This document shows positions 46,385 to 62,430 of a stretch of DNA of 64,000 nucleotides, one piece after another. The translations under genes and the position numbers were made by a program. How positions within the stretch are numbered: the first letter of the stretch is position 1; every line of letters begins with the position of its first letter. This stretch comes from Eledone cirrhosa. Its lineage: Eukaryota. The stretch spans positions 33,418,001 to 33,482,000 of the forward strand of contig OZ024759.1 of the NCBI GenBank assembly GCA_964016885.1. Direction: 5' to 3'. A model generated the notes under the pieces. It saw nothing but the letters and a program-made list of their open reading frames with translations, was not told the DNA's origin and did not search any database.

Positions 46385-46517
46385 GACAAGTAAGTATGTT
46401 TTGAAATTGTGAGAGAGTTTGAAACTAGAAGCAGAAGCTTTCGCCCTATTCTTGACTAAATAAATTTTAAACTGATAGTGGGGTTTAGAAACCCGCTATC
46501 AGGCAAATATGTCTTTA

Positions 46518-46550
<33 letters not shown>

Positions 46551-46555
<5 letters not shown>

Positions 46556-46733
46556 GGAGGTGAGTTTTATTGTAGTACAATAAAGCAATGCAGATATCGG
46601 ATAAGAAGCACTCTACAGTTTGTAGGACTGGAGTATACATAATATATAAGATCAAAAGATGGTTAAAGGAGTTCCATGTATTTGAAATGCGCATAATAAA
46701 ATACATGGAACTCCTTTAACCATCTTTTGATCT

Positions 46734-46741
<8 letters not shown>
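46551..46741. mobile_element. Fold-back remnant of the 12254-12420 HHR family
   Basis: Perfect 43-bp stem 46641-83/46699-741 whose loop is GAAATGCGCATAATA (HHR 3' half); shares TGTAGGAGG..AGTTTTATTGTAG and the post-HHR sequence with the 12254-12420 element. Confidence 0.65.
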
Positions 46742-46784
<43 letters not shown>

Positions 46785-46817
46785 CAGGATTCTCACCCTC
46801 ATTCTCTCTCTCCTTTC

Positions 46818-46856
<39 letters not shown>

Positions 46857-46862
46857 ACACAT

Positions 46863-46897
<35 letters not shown>

Positions 46898-47610
46898 TGC
46901 ACATATATACATATACATATATACATACATGCATATATATGTATTTGTATATATACGCATATTCATGTTCCTTCATTTCCCAATCCCATGCTCCACCTCG
47001 CCCCGCCATCTTTCTACTTCCTTCTTCACAATCTCAATCTTGTCTCACACTTTATTATCACAAGAATCTTTATTCTGAATTCATTGATAACTTTGCCTTG
47101 CTTTCATGATTTCGCATTGAAACTCTTTTTAGCTTATTCTTTGAAAAGGGAAAATATCGACGTACGAGAGGGAAAACTCACACAACAGCCTGTCTAAAAG
47201 TGTCAATGCTTTGTGCAGGCTATGCATGGTTTCGGTGTGGAGTGTGTGAGAGCGTGGTGGAGTCGTGGGTGCGAAATTAATGTTAATGGGTGGGAATGTT
47301 ATCTGGTGAGGGGGAAGAACTGAATGGAAGTCGGTGAGCGAGAGGGAGTAAAATTGAGATCAACGGTGAGACAGGTCAAAGAAAATCGATCATGATTTAC
47401 ACCTAATATTGGCGATATTCTGTAGAAGATCATCACACCATTGATCTTTTAATTCACATCTTATATACATTCATTAATTCACATCAGATATATATACTCA
47501 TTAATGGACTCTGCAAGTAAGATCGGCTGCTTAACTGGTAATTCTTCATTTGGAAACTCGTCAATAACGAACAGATAACCCGATATATTCTGCATCCGAT
47601 ATATATGAAC

Positions 47611-47693
<83 letters not shown>

Positions 47694-47710
47694 TATATGT
47701 ATATATATAC

Positions 47711-47744
<34 letters not shown>

Positions 47745-47906
47745 GTATATATATACATATATATATGTATATATATACATATATTTATATGTATATATAT
47801 ATGTATATATATACATATATTTATATGTATTTATATATATATAAATATAGCATGCACTTACATATAATCATGTATATACATACGTAAATATATATATATA
47901 TATATA

Positions 47907-47944
<38 letters not shown>

Positions 47945-48244
47945 TGCATGTGCGTGTATATATGAATATAGTATGTATATATATATTTTCATCTATGTAC
48001 AATAGTCACACGAAGTTAAATGTTATTCACACATGCTAATTGTAAGGATTATGAGGCGGGTAATGTTGCAGAGATGTCTAATTAGAATAAAAGTGAGGAT
48101 ACGTACACACACATATATATATATATATGTGTGTGTACATCAATATGACACCCATGGAAGTACAAGACGCCATGTATGAACTAGCATATATATATATATA
48201 TATATGTATATGTATATATATGTATATATATATATATGTATATG

Positions 48245-48300
<56 letters not shown>

Positions 48301-48775
48301 TATGTATATGTATATATATATATATATGTGTGTGTGTATATATTTGTTGTCTATATGTATATATATGTATATATATATATATGTAGATATATAAATGTAG
48401 ATTTATATATGTATATATATCCATCCTCTTTATTACTTATGTAACTTGAGGCCATTCATAATTTATACAGAAGCATACATAATGAAACCCACACACAGAG
48501 AAACACACATATATATATATATATATATACATATATATATTCATATATATATATATATTCATATATATATATATATTCATATATATATATATATATATGT
48601 GTGTGTATATGAAGATAGGTATGTATATATATAGGTAAATACATACATACATGTATTCAGATATGCAAGCATAGGCTTAAATGCAAATTCACACATGGTG
48701 CAGCTTCATATTTCCATTTAAAGTGTGAATTTAAATATACATGCATAAATGAAAGTCTGTTCTAGATGTAGTGAT

Positions 48776-48814
<39 letters not shown>

Positions 48815-48815
48815 C

Positions 48816-48871
<56 letters not shown>

Positions 48872-49251
48872 AGGGTGTATGTATGTGCGTGTGTATGACT
48901 TCTCAAGGAAAGTGTAAGACCTTACGTATTTATATATACCTATTTCCGTTTGATAAAATTTTCAACAAAAGTCATGCTTTCAAAAACTATAATATGAATA
49001 CATAATTGCACATACATATAATATATACATATATATATATATAAATATACATACATCTATAGATAGATATATATATAAATATACATGCATATATATATAG
49101 ATATAAATATATATAAATATACATGCATATATATATAGATATAAATATACATATATATATATATATATATAGATAACTACACATGCATATATATATACAT
49201 GCTCATATACAAATATACATACATACATATATACATATGTATATATATATA

Positions 49252-49333
<82 letters not shown>

Positions 49334-50146
49334 TAGATAAATATACATGCATATATATAAATAAACATACTCATATACGAATATACATACACATATATAC
49401 ATATGTATATATATATATCCATATATATATATAAACACATATATATATTTATACATTTATGTATATATATACATATATCAGAGTTTGTGTGTAAGTACAC
49501 CGCTTATTTTTTTTAATTTTTATCTTTTTATTTTGTTCATCTTTGGCTTTTACTTTAGAGTTTTCTATTCAATTCAAACCACTTGAAAGCGCGAAGGTAG
49601 AGAAATTGAACACAATATGACTAATTGAGGAAAGAATTCTATGGAATATCGTTGACGTTGATAGGATGTTGTAACAGGATGTTTTTCTGTTGGTGATCAT
49701 TAAACGGAAAGAAAACCTAAAGGAGTCTAGAAGAGAGATATACTATAGTGGAGCTTTTTTTATATATCTTCTTCATAATATTTCTATTTAGTCGTACATG
49801 ACACATATTGCGAGATGGTTTGGGAAGGTATTTTGTCAAAGTGAGCAGCTCAAATACTCTAAAGCTCGCTAGGAATGTATGTGGTATAGATTCACGTTAT
49901 ACATAAACATAAGTTTATAAAAATATACACACACATGTATGTCTAATTGTATGTATATGTGTGTGCGTATATATATAGAGAGAGAGATAGATATAGATAT
50001 ATGGGTAGATAGATAGATAGATATATGTGTGTGATGGGGGTGTGTTGAGTGTGTAGGAGTGTGTTATTTCCTTTTCTTTTCTTTTCAATGTCTGATAATA
50101 CCTTAGCGCCGTCACTCGAGTAAAGTAATTATTTGAGCCATAAATA

Positions 50147-50270
50147 GGGCCCTAACAGGTAATACTGCTCCAGGTCAGAGCAGATCCCGGAGTGAAAAAA
50201 CTAAGGGGTAACTCCACATTCCCCACATCTCATGGACTGCCCTACTGAAGCTTTGCCACTGGATGCAGTT
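50147..50270 (+). repeat. Fragment of a second dispersed repeat family
   Basis: GGGCCCTAACAGGT..CTCCAGGTCAGAG..GGATGCAGTTTAATGTCATACCCAGGACA resembles a repeat I recall from octopus DNA; single copy in this window. Confidence 0.4.
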
Positions 50271-50344
50271 TAATGTCATACCCAGGACATATGCAAATCC
50301 ATATATCTATATACAAATGTGTGTATATATATATGTATATATAC

Positions 50345-50401
<57 letters not shown>

Positions 50402-50616
50402 CATATATATATATACACAAATATATATATATATATATATACACATATATATATACAACTATATATATATATATATATACACATATATATATATACACAT
50501 ATATATTCACAACTATATATATATATATATGTATATATACACATATATATATATACACACATATATATACACATATATATATATACACACATAAATATAT
50601 ATACACACATATATAC

Positions 50617-50675
<59 letters not shown>

Positions 50676-51213
50676 TATAGATACACAAATATATATATAT
50701 ATATATATATGCAGAGGTTATATATATATATATATATACATATGGTGGCTGCCAACGGGTTGTCCAGTACGGCCACTACTTTATATCCATGTAGGAGAAC
50801 CCCTACCGATGCGCTGAACGAGTGTGACTTTTTAATCCAGCCAGCGACTTGAAAACTCTGGTACAAAGACTACACCTGTGACAATTATTGACACATAGTG
50901 CTGGGCCCATGGTACAATGTAACAACAAGTGCAGAGAGATCTCCAGATATAAAGCAATGCCTATGCCGTGAAGCTTTTATAGTGATCAAAGGCACTGCAC
51001 AAAGCCAGTCCCACTATCTTAACCAAGATGATATTTACCAAAAATAAGAACAAGTCAACATCATTGCATACCATCAGGGTTGGAGGTGTTATATCAGAGT
51101 TTTCCTTCTCCTAGAATTCTGCCTTGACAAAGGCTAAGGGGTCATCTCTCCCGGTGATTTTGGATGTACATTGACTCTTAAGAGCTCCTTGGCCATTTGA
51201 CAGGTTTTGTATG

Positions 51214-51249
<36 letters not shown>

Positions 51250-51623
51250 AACATACTAGCCACATGTCCGTTATCTCCGAGCTGTGAACTTTCAATTTGT
51301 AGACGTAGCAGTTCTGTTTGGTGCAACTCATAACTTGATTTCTCTAAATATATCATACATACAGGAATAACACATTTCTGTCTTTGTGTAATCTCCAGAG
51401 GAATTCTAAGAAAATTGTTCGACAATTCTTCGAGAAGTAATCAGATGTCTGGTTGTAATATTATATATATATATTTATTAAAGTAATACATTTTTTAAAG
51501 AATCATTGGGAAGAGGTATATATAACTCAAGTTTACGTGGAGATGCATGTGACAAATATGAATACGGTGACGCAATCTTGAGAAATATTACATAACAATT
51601 TACGTATATATATATATATCTAT

Positions 51624-51950
51624 CTAAGGCGGGTAAAATTCCCGAGATCCATGGACGAGTTCTCTCCAGCGGTCTCTGTCCCTCATTATCGCTGCCATAT
51701 CCTGCATCTCCAACAGACCAGTGTCTGTCCTTAGGGCATCAACATATGTTAACCTTGGTCTTCCTCTTCTAGTGTGTCCATGTAGCGGCTCCCAAAGGAG
51801 CACTGAGTGCAGTGTCAACTCTGGATGTCGGTGAGCATGTCCAGCCAACCTCAGTCTCCTCTGTGTCACTTTTGAGCTGACTTTTGGGAGCCTCCCATAC
51901 AGCTCTGAGTTTTTCATCCTCAGTGTATACTGATTAATGTTCAGAGCCAT
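51624..51950 (-). mobile_element. RTE-type LINE 3' fragment
   Basis: Open frame MALNINQYTLRMKNSELYGRLPKVSSKVTQRRLRLAGHAHRHPEL..RRGRPRLTYVDALRTDTG. Confidence 0.8.
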
Positions 51951-51969
51951 ATATAGATAGATAGAGAGA

Positions 51970-52018
<49 letters not shown>

Positions 52019-52234
52019 GCACACACACGCACACACATTATATATATACATATAGAGCGAGAGAGACGCACACACACACACACATATATATATACACATA
52101 CGTATATATATATATATATATATACATATATATATACATATATATAAATATGTATATATACATCATATATAAATACATATAATTATAAATACGTATACAT
52201 ATATATATATAAATACGTATATATATATAAATAC

Positions 52235-52291
<57 letters not shown>

Positions 52292-52292
52292 C

Positions 52293-52330
<38 letters not shown>

Positions 52331-52426
52331 GTATATACATATATATATATAAATACGTATATATATATAAATACATATATATATATATATATATATATAC
52401 AAATACTTATATATGTATATATATAT

Positions 52427-52465
<39 letters not shown>

Positions 52466-52566
52466 CAAATACATATATATATATGTATACAGATATATAT
52501 ACAAATACGTATATATATATATATACAAATACATATCTATATATATGAATACGTATATATATGTTA

Positions 52567-53090
52567 GGTAAATCCATACGTACATATATATGTGTGTGCA
52601 TGTATGTATATATATACATGCTACTGTACGTCTGTACACATATATGTAGGTACGTATACATACTTATATTTAAGTAACAGCTGTACTAAGAGTGACAAAT
52701 GAAATTTCGTTTCATTTTTTTCCATCTATCGTTTTCGGTGCGCCCGGCCGATTAACTCACTCGATATGCAAATTGGGCTGCTCAGCCGTTAAAATGTATA
52801 TACTTTCAGACGTTCAATCATCTCGCAGGAAATGTATACGGTGCTGACGATAGCTTAGAAGCTTGAAACTAGTACATCGTTCCTTTGTCAATGTTGTGAC
52901 AAAAGGGCAACGATGGTTGCTAAACACTGTACGGCTTAATTCGTGATGTTTGTTTACAAATAAACCGAGCATTATAATAAATATTCGGTAAATCCATACG
53001 TACATATATATATGTGTGCATGTATGTATATATATACATACTACTGTACGTCTGTATACATATATGAATGTACGTATACATACTTATATT
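52567..53090 (+). repeat. 104-bp direct repeats (52567-52670 / 52987-53090) bracketing an HHR-containing segment
   Basis: Near-identical copies with a 420-bp period. Confidence 0.85.
52838..52880 (+). ncRNA. Minimal type I hammerhead ribozyme
   Basis: ACGGTG-CTGACGA-TAGCTTAGAAGCTT-GAAA-CTAG-TA-CATCGT: 6-bp stem I, AGCT/AGCT stem II with U-U closing pair, palindromic CTAG. Confidence 0.65.
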
Positions 53091-53091
53091 C

Positions 53092-53092
53092 G

Positions 53093-53128
<36 letters not shown>

Positions 53129-53684
53129 AATACAAATATATATATATAATATGAATATATATATATATATATATATATATGAATATACATATATATATAT
53201 ATATGAATATATATATATATGAATATATATATATGAATATATATATATATATATATGAATATATATATATATGAATATATATATATATATATGAATATAT
53301 ATATATATATATATATATATGAATATATATATATATATGAATATATATATATATATATATGAATATATATATATATATATATGAATATATATATGAATAT
53401 ATATATATATATATGAATATATATATATATATGAATATATATATATGAATATATATATATTTATATATATGAATATATATATATATATGAATATATATGA
53501 ATATATATATATATATATGAATATATATGAATATATATATATATATGAATATATATATATATATGAATATATATATATATATATATGAATATATATATGA
53601 ATATATATATATATATGAATATATATGAATATATATATATATATATGAATATATATGAATATATATATATATATGAATATATAT

Positions 53685-53730
<46 letters not shown>

Positions 53731-53816
53731 TATATATATATATATATGAATATATATATATATTATATATGAATATATATATATATATGAATATATATAT
53801 ATATATGAATATATAT

Positions 53817-53862
<46 letters not shown>

Positions 53863-54056
53863 TATATATATATATATATGAATATATATATATATATATA
53901 TATGCATACGCATAAATATAAATATATATATATATATATATACATACACACATATACATAAATATAAATATATACATACAGTCACACAGATATATATATA
54001 TATATATATACACATATATATACATATACACACATATTTACACATATACACACACG

Positions 54057-54105
<49 letters not shown>
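53092..54105. repeat. (TA)n/GAA compound microsatellite
   Basis: Direct reading. Confidence 0.9.
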
Positions 54106-54108
<3 letters not shown>

Positions 54109-54354
54109 CAGAGAAAGCAAAACAGTATGGTGACAGCATCGACTAATCCGCGTGTGTTGACTGTGAAGCATATGATAGGATAAGAAACTACTTGGGGAGT
54201 TACAGATGACAACGGAAAAACGTCAGTCTGTCAACTAATCAGGTTTATGTCGACCTGTATCTGTTCTGTTAACTGTGAAGGGTTATCCCGCTGGTACATA
54301 AGCATATACAGAGCATTTATTACACCCAACACACACAGTCACACACTTCACCTT

Positions 54355-54401
<47 letters not shown>

Positions 54402-54546
54402 TACATATAAATTGGTACACACACACATATGAAACCTACAGATAATTGTTTCTACTTTTGGCACAAGGCCAGCAAATACCCGGTACATTGAAGATGGCGT
54501 AGGACAGAACAAAGGAGAGGCACAAAAACAAAGAAAATAATCCCCA

Positions 54547-54589
54547 GTCACTGAAGAGGTCACAGTATGTGTGACGAAAGAACTTTGAC
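54547..54589 (+). ncRNA. Candidate (degenerate) hammerhead ribozyme
   Basis: GTCA-CTGAAGA-G-GTCACA/TGTGAC-GAAA-GAAC-TT-TGAC; stem I only 4 bp. Confidence 0.4.
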
Positions 54590-54781
54590 AATATATAAAC
54601 AACCATCTGGTTGTGGAACCAGCCAACGAACCGGAAATTTATAAATTTATTATAATAAATTGAAGTGAAAGCAACTGGTGCGTGTGTTTCTTATTGGCAA
54701 CATGACCCTCCCAAAGTATAACAATATCGGTTTCAACACACGTTTTCAGATAAAGAATCTTGCTAAACAAATTCAGAAACG

Positions 54782-54839
<58 letters not shown>

Positions 54840-55476
54840 GAAAGGTATAGAAATTGTTGTAGCATGAAGCTAACAGTATTCCATAACATATATGCGACTA
54901 TAGCGTCAAGATGGCAAAAATAGTTAACGTAGGATGTAGGAAATATAATTCAAACTCATCTCAAAAGAGAATCAGGATATAAATTCATCCACAGCATTTA
55001 GTGAAATCCAGGGAAAAATCAATAGAGCCTTAACTCATGATAAAATAAAGTCTAAAATACTTATCCTTCAATTTGGAAAAACATCAAATGCTCTGTATAG
55101 TCTTAAAGACTATTTCATGAAAACTTTCAGTGGAGATGGTCACGGTTGGATTTCAATCGTCAGCAGAGCTCAACCAGATAACCAGGACTCTCACAGATTT
55201 ATAACCCAAACAGGGAATTTTAAAACTGGCTAGTTCACCATCATGCGTGATTATGAAAAACGCACATGAGGAAAAACGGGGCTAGTGACGTCAGAATGAA
55301 GCGAATGTTTGTTTACAATAAATAACAGTTAAATACATTCCGAAAAAAACGCTACAAAAGGAGTTCAGCAAAACGCAATATTATCGCAGTTTTTATAAAA
55401 AAACTGGGATTAGTCAAAAATATATATATATATGTCATATATATATATGTCATATATATATATACATATATATATG

Positions 55477-55549
<73 letters not shown>

Positions 55550-55576
55550 ATATATACATATATATATATATATGTC

Positions 55577-55698
<122 letters not shown>

Positions 55699-55725
55699 AT
55701 ATATATATATATATATATATATATG

Positions 55726-55801
<76 letters not shown>

Positions 55802-55838
55802 TATATATATATATGTCATATACATATATATATATATG

Positions 55839-55931
<93 letters not shown>

Positions 55932-56478
55932 GACAACGTATTCGTGACTTAAACTCCGTGCTAAATCGAGAGAATCATATTAGTTTCACTAATTCTCAAC
56001 AGTCTACGAAACCTAATGTAATACATATACATACATACCTATATATATATATACAACTATACATACACACACACATATATACATACAACTATACATACAC
56101 ACACACGCACACATATATATATACAACTATGCATAATCATATATCTATATATACATACATGCACATGCATACACATATATATATATACACACACACACAT
56201 ATATATATACATACAACTATACATACACACACACGCACACACATATATATATACAACTATACATACACATATATATATACAACTATGCATAATCATATAT
56301 CTATATATACATACATGCACATGCATACACATATATATATATACACACACACACATATATATATGTATTAGTTAATCAAATTTTTAGATAGCTGGATTTC
56401 CACATTTCTTTCCTGATTCTCTCAAGTACTTCTGCGTCTTTTGGGACAATCTTCAGATGCACAGCTCTACAAATTGCG

Positions 56479-56511
<33 letters not shown>

Positions 56512-56518
56512 CAGAGAG

Positions 56519-56580
<62 letters not shown>

Positions 56581-57035
56581 ATATGTAGATGTATATATTG
56601 GGACTATATATCACAGACTAAAGACGAAATGAACGCTAAACGCAGCTCTCATCAATATTGGAACTAAGAATGTTAAGAGACTAAAAAATATAAAACTGAA
56701 ACATTATGTCAACTGGGACTTGTCCTTAATAACAAACTGTAAATAGATATACAGATATACACAGTATTTATTACAAAGCAATTAAATTAGAAGTGAAGTG
56801 TCTTTTGTCAGAATATAATTGTCAAATGTCTCTCTGCTTTATAGCTTCAAATGTACTAGAGGTCAATTTCTGATTGTTGACTCTTCGATCTCAATAAAGA
56901 ATTCAAAATCTTGAAGGTAGTTAAAAAAATGTTAAATGTTTTTCCTGAAGATTAAAAGTTGAACTTGCCTGAATTTATTCATTTTGATATGATTTGTGTG
57001 AAATAGAGTGTAAAGGGAGGACACTAGTCAGTTTA

Positions 57036-57192
57036 AATGCTTTGCAACATAGAGTTCTGGTCCTTTGCGTTCTGAGTTCAAATCCCGCCGAGGTTAACTT
57101 TGCCTTTCATCCTTACGAGGTCGATGAAATAAAGTACCAGTAATGTACTAAGGTAATTGCTGGCCTTGTGCCAAAAGTAGAAACAGTTATTA
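57036..57192 (+). mobile_element. SINE, 5'-truncated
   Basis: Consensus match including B box. Confidence 0.85.
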
Positions 57193-57421
57193 GTAAGAAA
57201 GTAAAAACAATTAATTAAATAAGGATTTTCATCAGCAATCGAAACATCTACCTTACGTTTTCAAACTGAACCCACTAACTAGCTGGTCACATACCAAGGT
57301 AAAAGAAAGTAGAGACTTCTTTCTTCTCAATCTAAATGTTCTATTCTTTTTTCTATTAAACTGTATTTACATACATTCCACAAATATAGAAGAACATGTC
57401 TCCAGAGTTAATTATATATGT

Positions 57422-57895
57422 CTAGGGCGGGTAAAAGTCCTGAAATCCATGGACGAGTTCCCTCCAGGGGTCTCCGTCTCTCATCATCTCTGCCATGTCC
57501 TGCGTCTCCAACAGACCAGTGTCTGTCCTTAGGACATCAACATATATTAACCTCGTTCTTCCTCTTCCAGTGTGTCCATGCAGGGGCTCCCACAGGAGCA
57601 CTGAGTGCAGTATCAACTCTGGATGTCGGTGAGCATGTCCAGCTAACCTCAGTCTCCTCTGTGCTACTCTCGAGCTGACCTTTGGGAGGCTCCCGTACAT
57701 CTCTGAGTTCTCATCCTCAGTGTATACTGATTAATGTTCAGAGCCATCCTCAGCATTCTCGTGTAGCACCCATCCACCATCTGAGTGAGTTTCTTGCTCA
57801 GTGTCCAAGTCTCAGACCCATACAGCAGCACAGACTCCACTACGGCAGTGGACTATTGTATATACCTTGCGCTGGAGAAACATCAGGACTCTGGC
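57422..57895 (-). mobile_element. RTE-type non-LTR retrotransposon, 5'-truncated 3' end (frameshifted)
   Basis: Encodes VESVLLYGSETWTL..YTRMLRMALNI and RRLRLAGHAHRHPEL..VLLWEPLHG..RGR, typical RTE post-RT C-terminus. Confidence 0.8.
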
Positions 57896-58417
57896 TTTAC
57901 TATAACCCCGGCTCAGAGCAGGAGAGTTAAGGCGAAATGAGATCGGATGCTGGATTTGCCGACGACATAGTTCTGGTGACAAACACAGTGAAGGAGGCAG
58001 GAGATTTGATGCAGGAGGTGGAGACAGTGTAATTATATATGGATGAAGATGAATAAAGGAAAATAATGTTTCGTATGGACAAGGAATCGAAACAAGTACC
58101 TGACTATTGCAAGCAGAAAAGACTAACCAATTGGCCATAGGCCAAGGTGAAGAAAGTAGATGAATGTTATGTTTCTTGAAATATACCGTCAATTAATTCA
58201 TTTTTAATGGATTCTCTCCGTCGCTGCCCCCAACACAATATGTTCAGACTGAAAGTATTAATAACCTGTTATAGGAATAAATATTTCCTTATATTAATTA
58301 GTGTATATTTGTACATCTACTGAAATATATTTATTGAATTCAGCAATTCTGTCACGCAAGCATCTAAGACTATTCATTCTTCCATCCTATATATACTTTA
58401 ATCTGTCTCTCATCTTT

Positions 58418-58482
<65 letters not shown>

Positions 58483-58731
58483 GTGCGTGTGTGCGTATAT
58501 ATACATATATATATACACACACATATATATACACACACATATATATATATATATATACATATATACATATACGTGTGTGTGTGTGTGTGCATATATATAC
58601 ATATAAATATATGCGTGTGCATATATAAATATATATATACATATATATATATATACGTGTGTGTGTGTGCATATATATATATACACATTTATATATATAC
58701 ATATTTATACATACACACACGCGAATATATA

Positions 58732-58766
<35 letters not shown>

Positions 58767-59024
58767 CTGCACACAAGAACACATATACACACAAACACAT
58801 ATACACACCTATAAATATATATAATACCTCAGACATACAGCTATCTATTTATACTTCATTTGCATGAATTTAATTTACATAAATTTAAACATACAATAAG
58901 CATATATTATTTTTGTTGATTATAAAGTCTGCAGTTGTATTAAGTATGTGGCAGAGTTAATGCCATATAAGAGAACTGTTTCTTACTTACAATGTTAGAC
59001 TGTAGACATGTACCTCTCATATAT

Positions 59025-59114
59025 ACCCCGACGGCAGAGCTCAAGCCGTTTCGACGGCTGTTTCAGGTCTCTCAGAAATAGCCGTCGAAACGGCTTGAGC
59101 TCTGCCGTCGGGGT
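59025..59114. repeat. GC-rich 40-bp-arm hairpin
   Basis: 59025-64/59075-114 complementary with one G-T; 10-nt loop. Confidence 0.9.
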
Positions 59115-59369
59115 CATACTTTCTCATATATCCATATATATATATATATGTGTGTATGTGTGTGTGTGTGTGTGTATGTGTGTGTGTCTATATATGTATC
59201 TGGGTATTGGGCTTCCATCGGTTTTGACGACGAGCGTGCATGTGTGTCTGTATGTGTGTGATGTATATAAACAGACGTATGTAGGTGATAAGGCTGGCCA
59301 TTCGAATTACAGCAGATTTCTTCCAGAAAAGGATAGAACATGAGAAAATGGAAATGAGAAGAGTTATAG

Positions 59370-59510
59370 AGGTTAAATTGACCCCAGTAATGACTCATTC
59401 TATGTTATCGATCTTAAATTGATGAAAGTCAAAATTTGCCTCGGTGGAATTTGAACAAAACAGAGAGTCGGAACGAAAACAGCAAAGCATTATATCCGAC
59501 TCTGCCATTT
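59370..59510 (-). mobile_element. Diverged SINE
   Basis: GATGAAAGTCAAAATTTGCCTCGGTGGAATTTGAAC resembles reverse complement of consensus. Confidence 0.5.
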
Positions 59511-59938
59511 TACTATACAGAAATACATAGATGTACAACGTTAGTTGTACAAGAGTTACAGGCAGCTTTCGTTCATTTTGGAAATATCAGTAATTGTAAC
59601 AGAGTAGATTTTGTTTTAGCTGGAAGTATGAGGTATGTTGTATGTATTAGGTATTAGTACGTATACCAGTAATTAAAACGGGTTGGCGTGTGCTTCACCT
59701 GGAGGGATGAGATATGCTATATGCCTTTGTTAGTGTACAGATACCAGAAATTATAACAGGTAGGCTGTTGGTTTACCGGGAGGTATGAGGTGTGTCTTTC
59801 CTAGTGTACAGAATAATATTTTAATAAAGTATAAATGTCAGAAACACAGATAAAGTTATTTGAATAAAAACGAAACATTTTTAACAGCCACAATAAAGAG
59901 AAACTTATTAATTCTTCTGACAATTATACTTTATATAT

Positions 59939-59996
<58 letters not shown>

Positions 59997-60059
59997 TCAT
60001 ATATAATTAAACATATATATATATATATACACATACTTATATATATAAGTATACATACG

Positions 60060-60173
<114 letters not shown>

Positions 60174-60194
60174 TATACATACATGCACGCACAC

Positions 60195-60237
<43 letters not shown>

Positions 60238-60258
60238 TATACATACCTTCACGCACAC

Positions 60259-60307
<49 letters not shown>

Positions 60308-60343
60308 TATACATACATGCACGCACGCATATGTGTGTATATA

Positions 60344-60441
<98 letters not shown>

Positions 60442-60754
60442 CACACATATGTGTGTATATATAAATATATATAGAAAGTGAGAGAGCATAGAGGGAAGGG
60501 AGATGTGAAAGACAGACGACAAAATGTAGAGTAAGGGAGAAGTAGATGACATAGACAAGATATGTTGTCAACGGTTGATACAGCTATCAGCGGTTTCTTA
60601 TCATTTGCTTCGGCTGGTTGAAGGTTAAAACCTAATAAGGCGTATATTGGTGTATTGCTGTATGTCTCATGCTTTCTAATACTGGGTATATAAAATATTT
60701 GTTAGTGTATATTTGTGTCTACCTGTGCGTATATATGACATATACCTTGTGTAT

Positions 60755-60756
60755 CC

Positions 60757-60814
<58 letters not shown>

Positions 60815-61428
60815 CTATATATATACATATATCTATATTTATATACATATATACATATATCTATATTTATATACATATATACATATACATATATCTATAT
60901 ACATATATCTATATTCATATATATACATATATCTACATTTATATACATATATACATATATCTATATTTATATACATATATCTATATACATATATCTATAT
61001 ACATATATATATATATATCTATATACATATACATATATCTATATACATATACATATATCTATATACATATATGTATATAAATATATATATATATGTATAT
61101 ATATCTATATTTATATACATATATCTATATACATATATACATATATACGTATACATATATTTATATACATATATTTATATACGTATACATATATTTATAT
61201 ACATATATATACATATATTTATATACATATACATATATTTATATACATATATATACATATATTTATATACATATACATATATTTATATACATATATATAC
61301 ATATATTTATATACATATATATACATATATTTATATATATATATACATATATTTATATACATATATATATATACACATATTTATATACATATATATATAT
61401 ACACATATATATATATATATTTATATAC

Positions 61429-61469
<41 letters not shown>

Positions 61470-61470
61470 C

Positions 61471-61505
<35 letters not shown>

Positions 61506-61936
61506 TATATACATATATACATATATATATATATATATCTATATACATACATATATATAAAAATATATGTATATCTATATACATATATATACACATATAT
61601 ATATATATATATTTATATACATATATATACATATATATCTATTTATATACATATATATGAAAGTATATATGTGTCATGTGTATATATATATGTTTGTGTA
61701 TATATATATATATGTATGTGTATATATATGTGTATATATATATATAGATATATGTATGTGTGTATATATGTGTATATATATATATAGATATATGTATGTG
61801 TGTATATATGTGTATATATATATATAGATATATGTATGTGTGTATATATGTCTATATATATATATAGATATATGTATGTGTGTATATATGTGTATATATA
61901 TATATAGATATATGTATGTGTGTATATATAAATATA

Positions 61937-61992
<56 letters not shown>
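60755..61992. repeat. (TA)n/(CA) compound low-complexity tract
   Basis: Direct reading. Confidence 0.9.
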
Positions 61993-61994
<2 letters not shown>

Positions 61995-62064
61995 ATTATA
62001 AGTTGAGTCTAACACAGTGTGTATATATGATATTCACTCTTTATGCTAGGGGCTAACACTATAT

Positions 62065-62126
<62 letters not shown>

Positions 62127-62383
62127 ATGGCGGAGCCCCACCATGTTCTCAGCCCCTCGGAAGGAACATAAAATAAGAATAGAAATATACACACACACAC
62201 ATTATATATATATAAGCCAGCACAAGCGCAAGAATGAAGGATTCATTCTATTGACATGGCTATAAAATGGAGGCGTGTTTGCATAATTGCTAACGAATCG
62301 AATGTTATTATTAATATTCGAAAAACTCAGATTACAATTATTGTATTCAGCCATGTAGAGTGAACAATTTTATCTTTTTTATT

Positions 62384-62430
<47 letters not shown>

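Noticed and set aside
50743-51200. Higher-GC unique block, possible exon or LINE 5' region
   Set aside because: No convincing ORF or motif recognised
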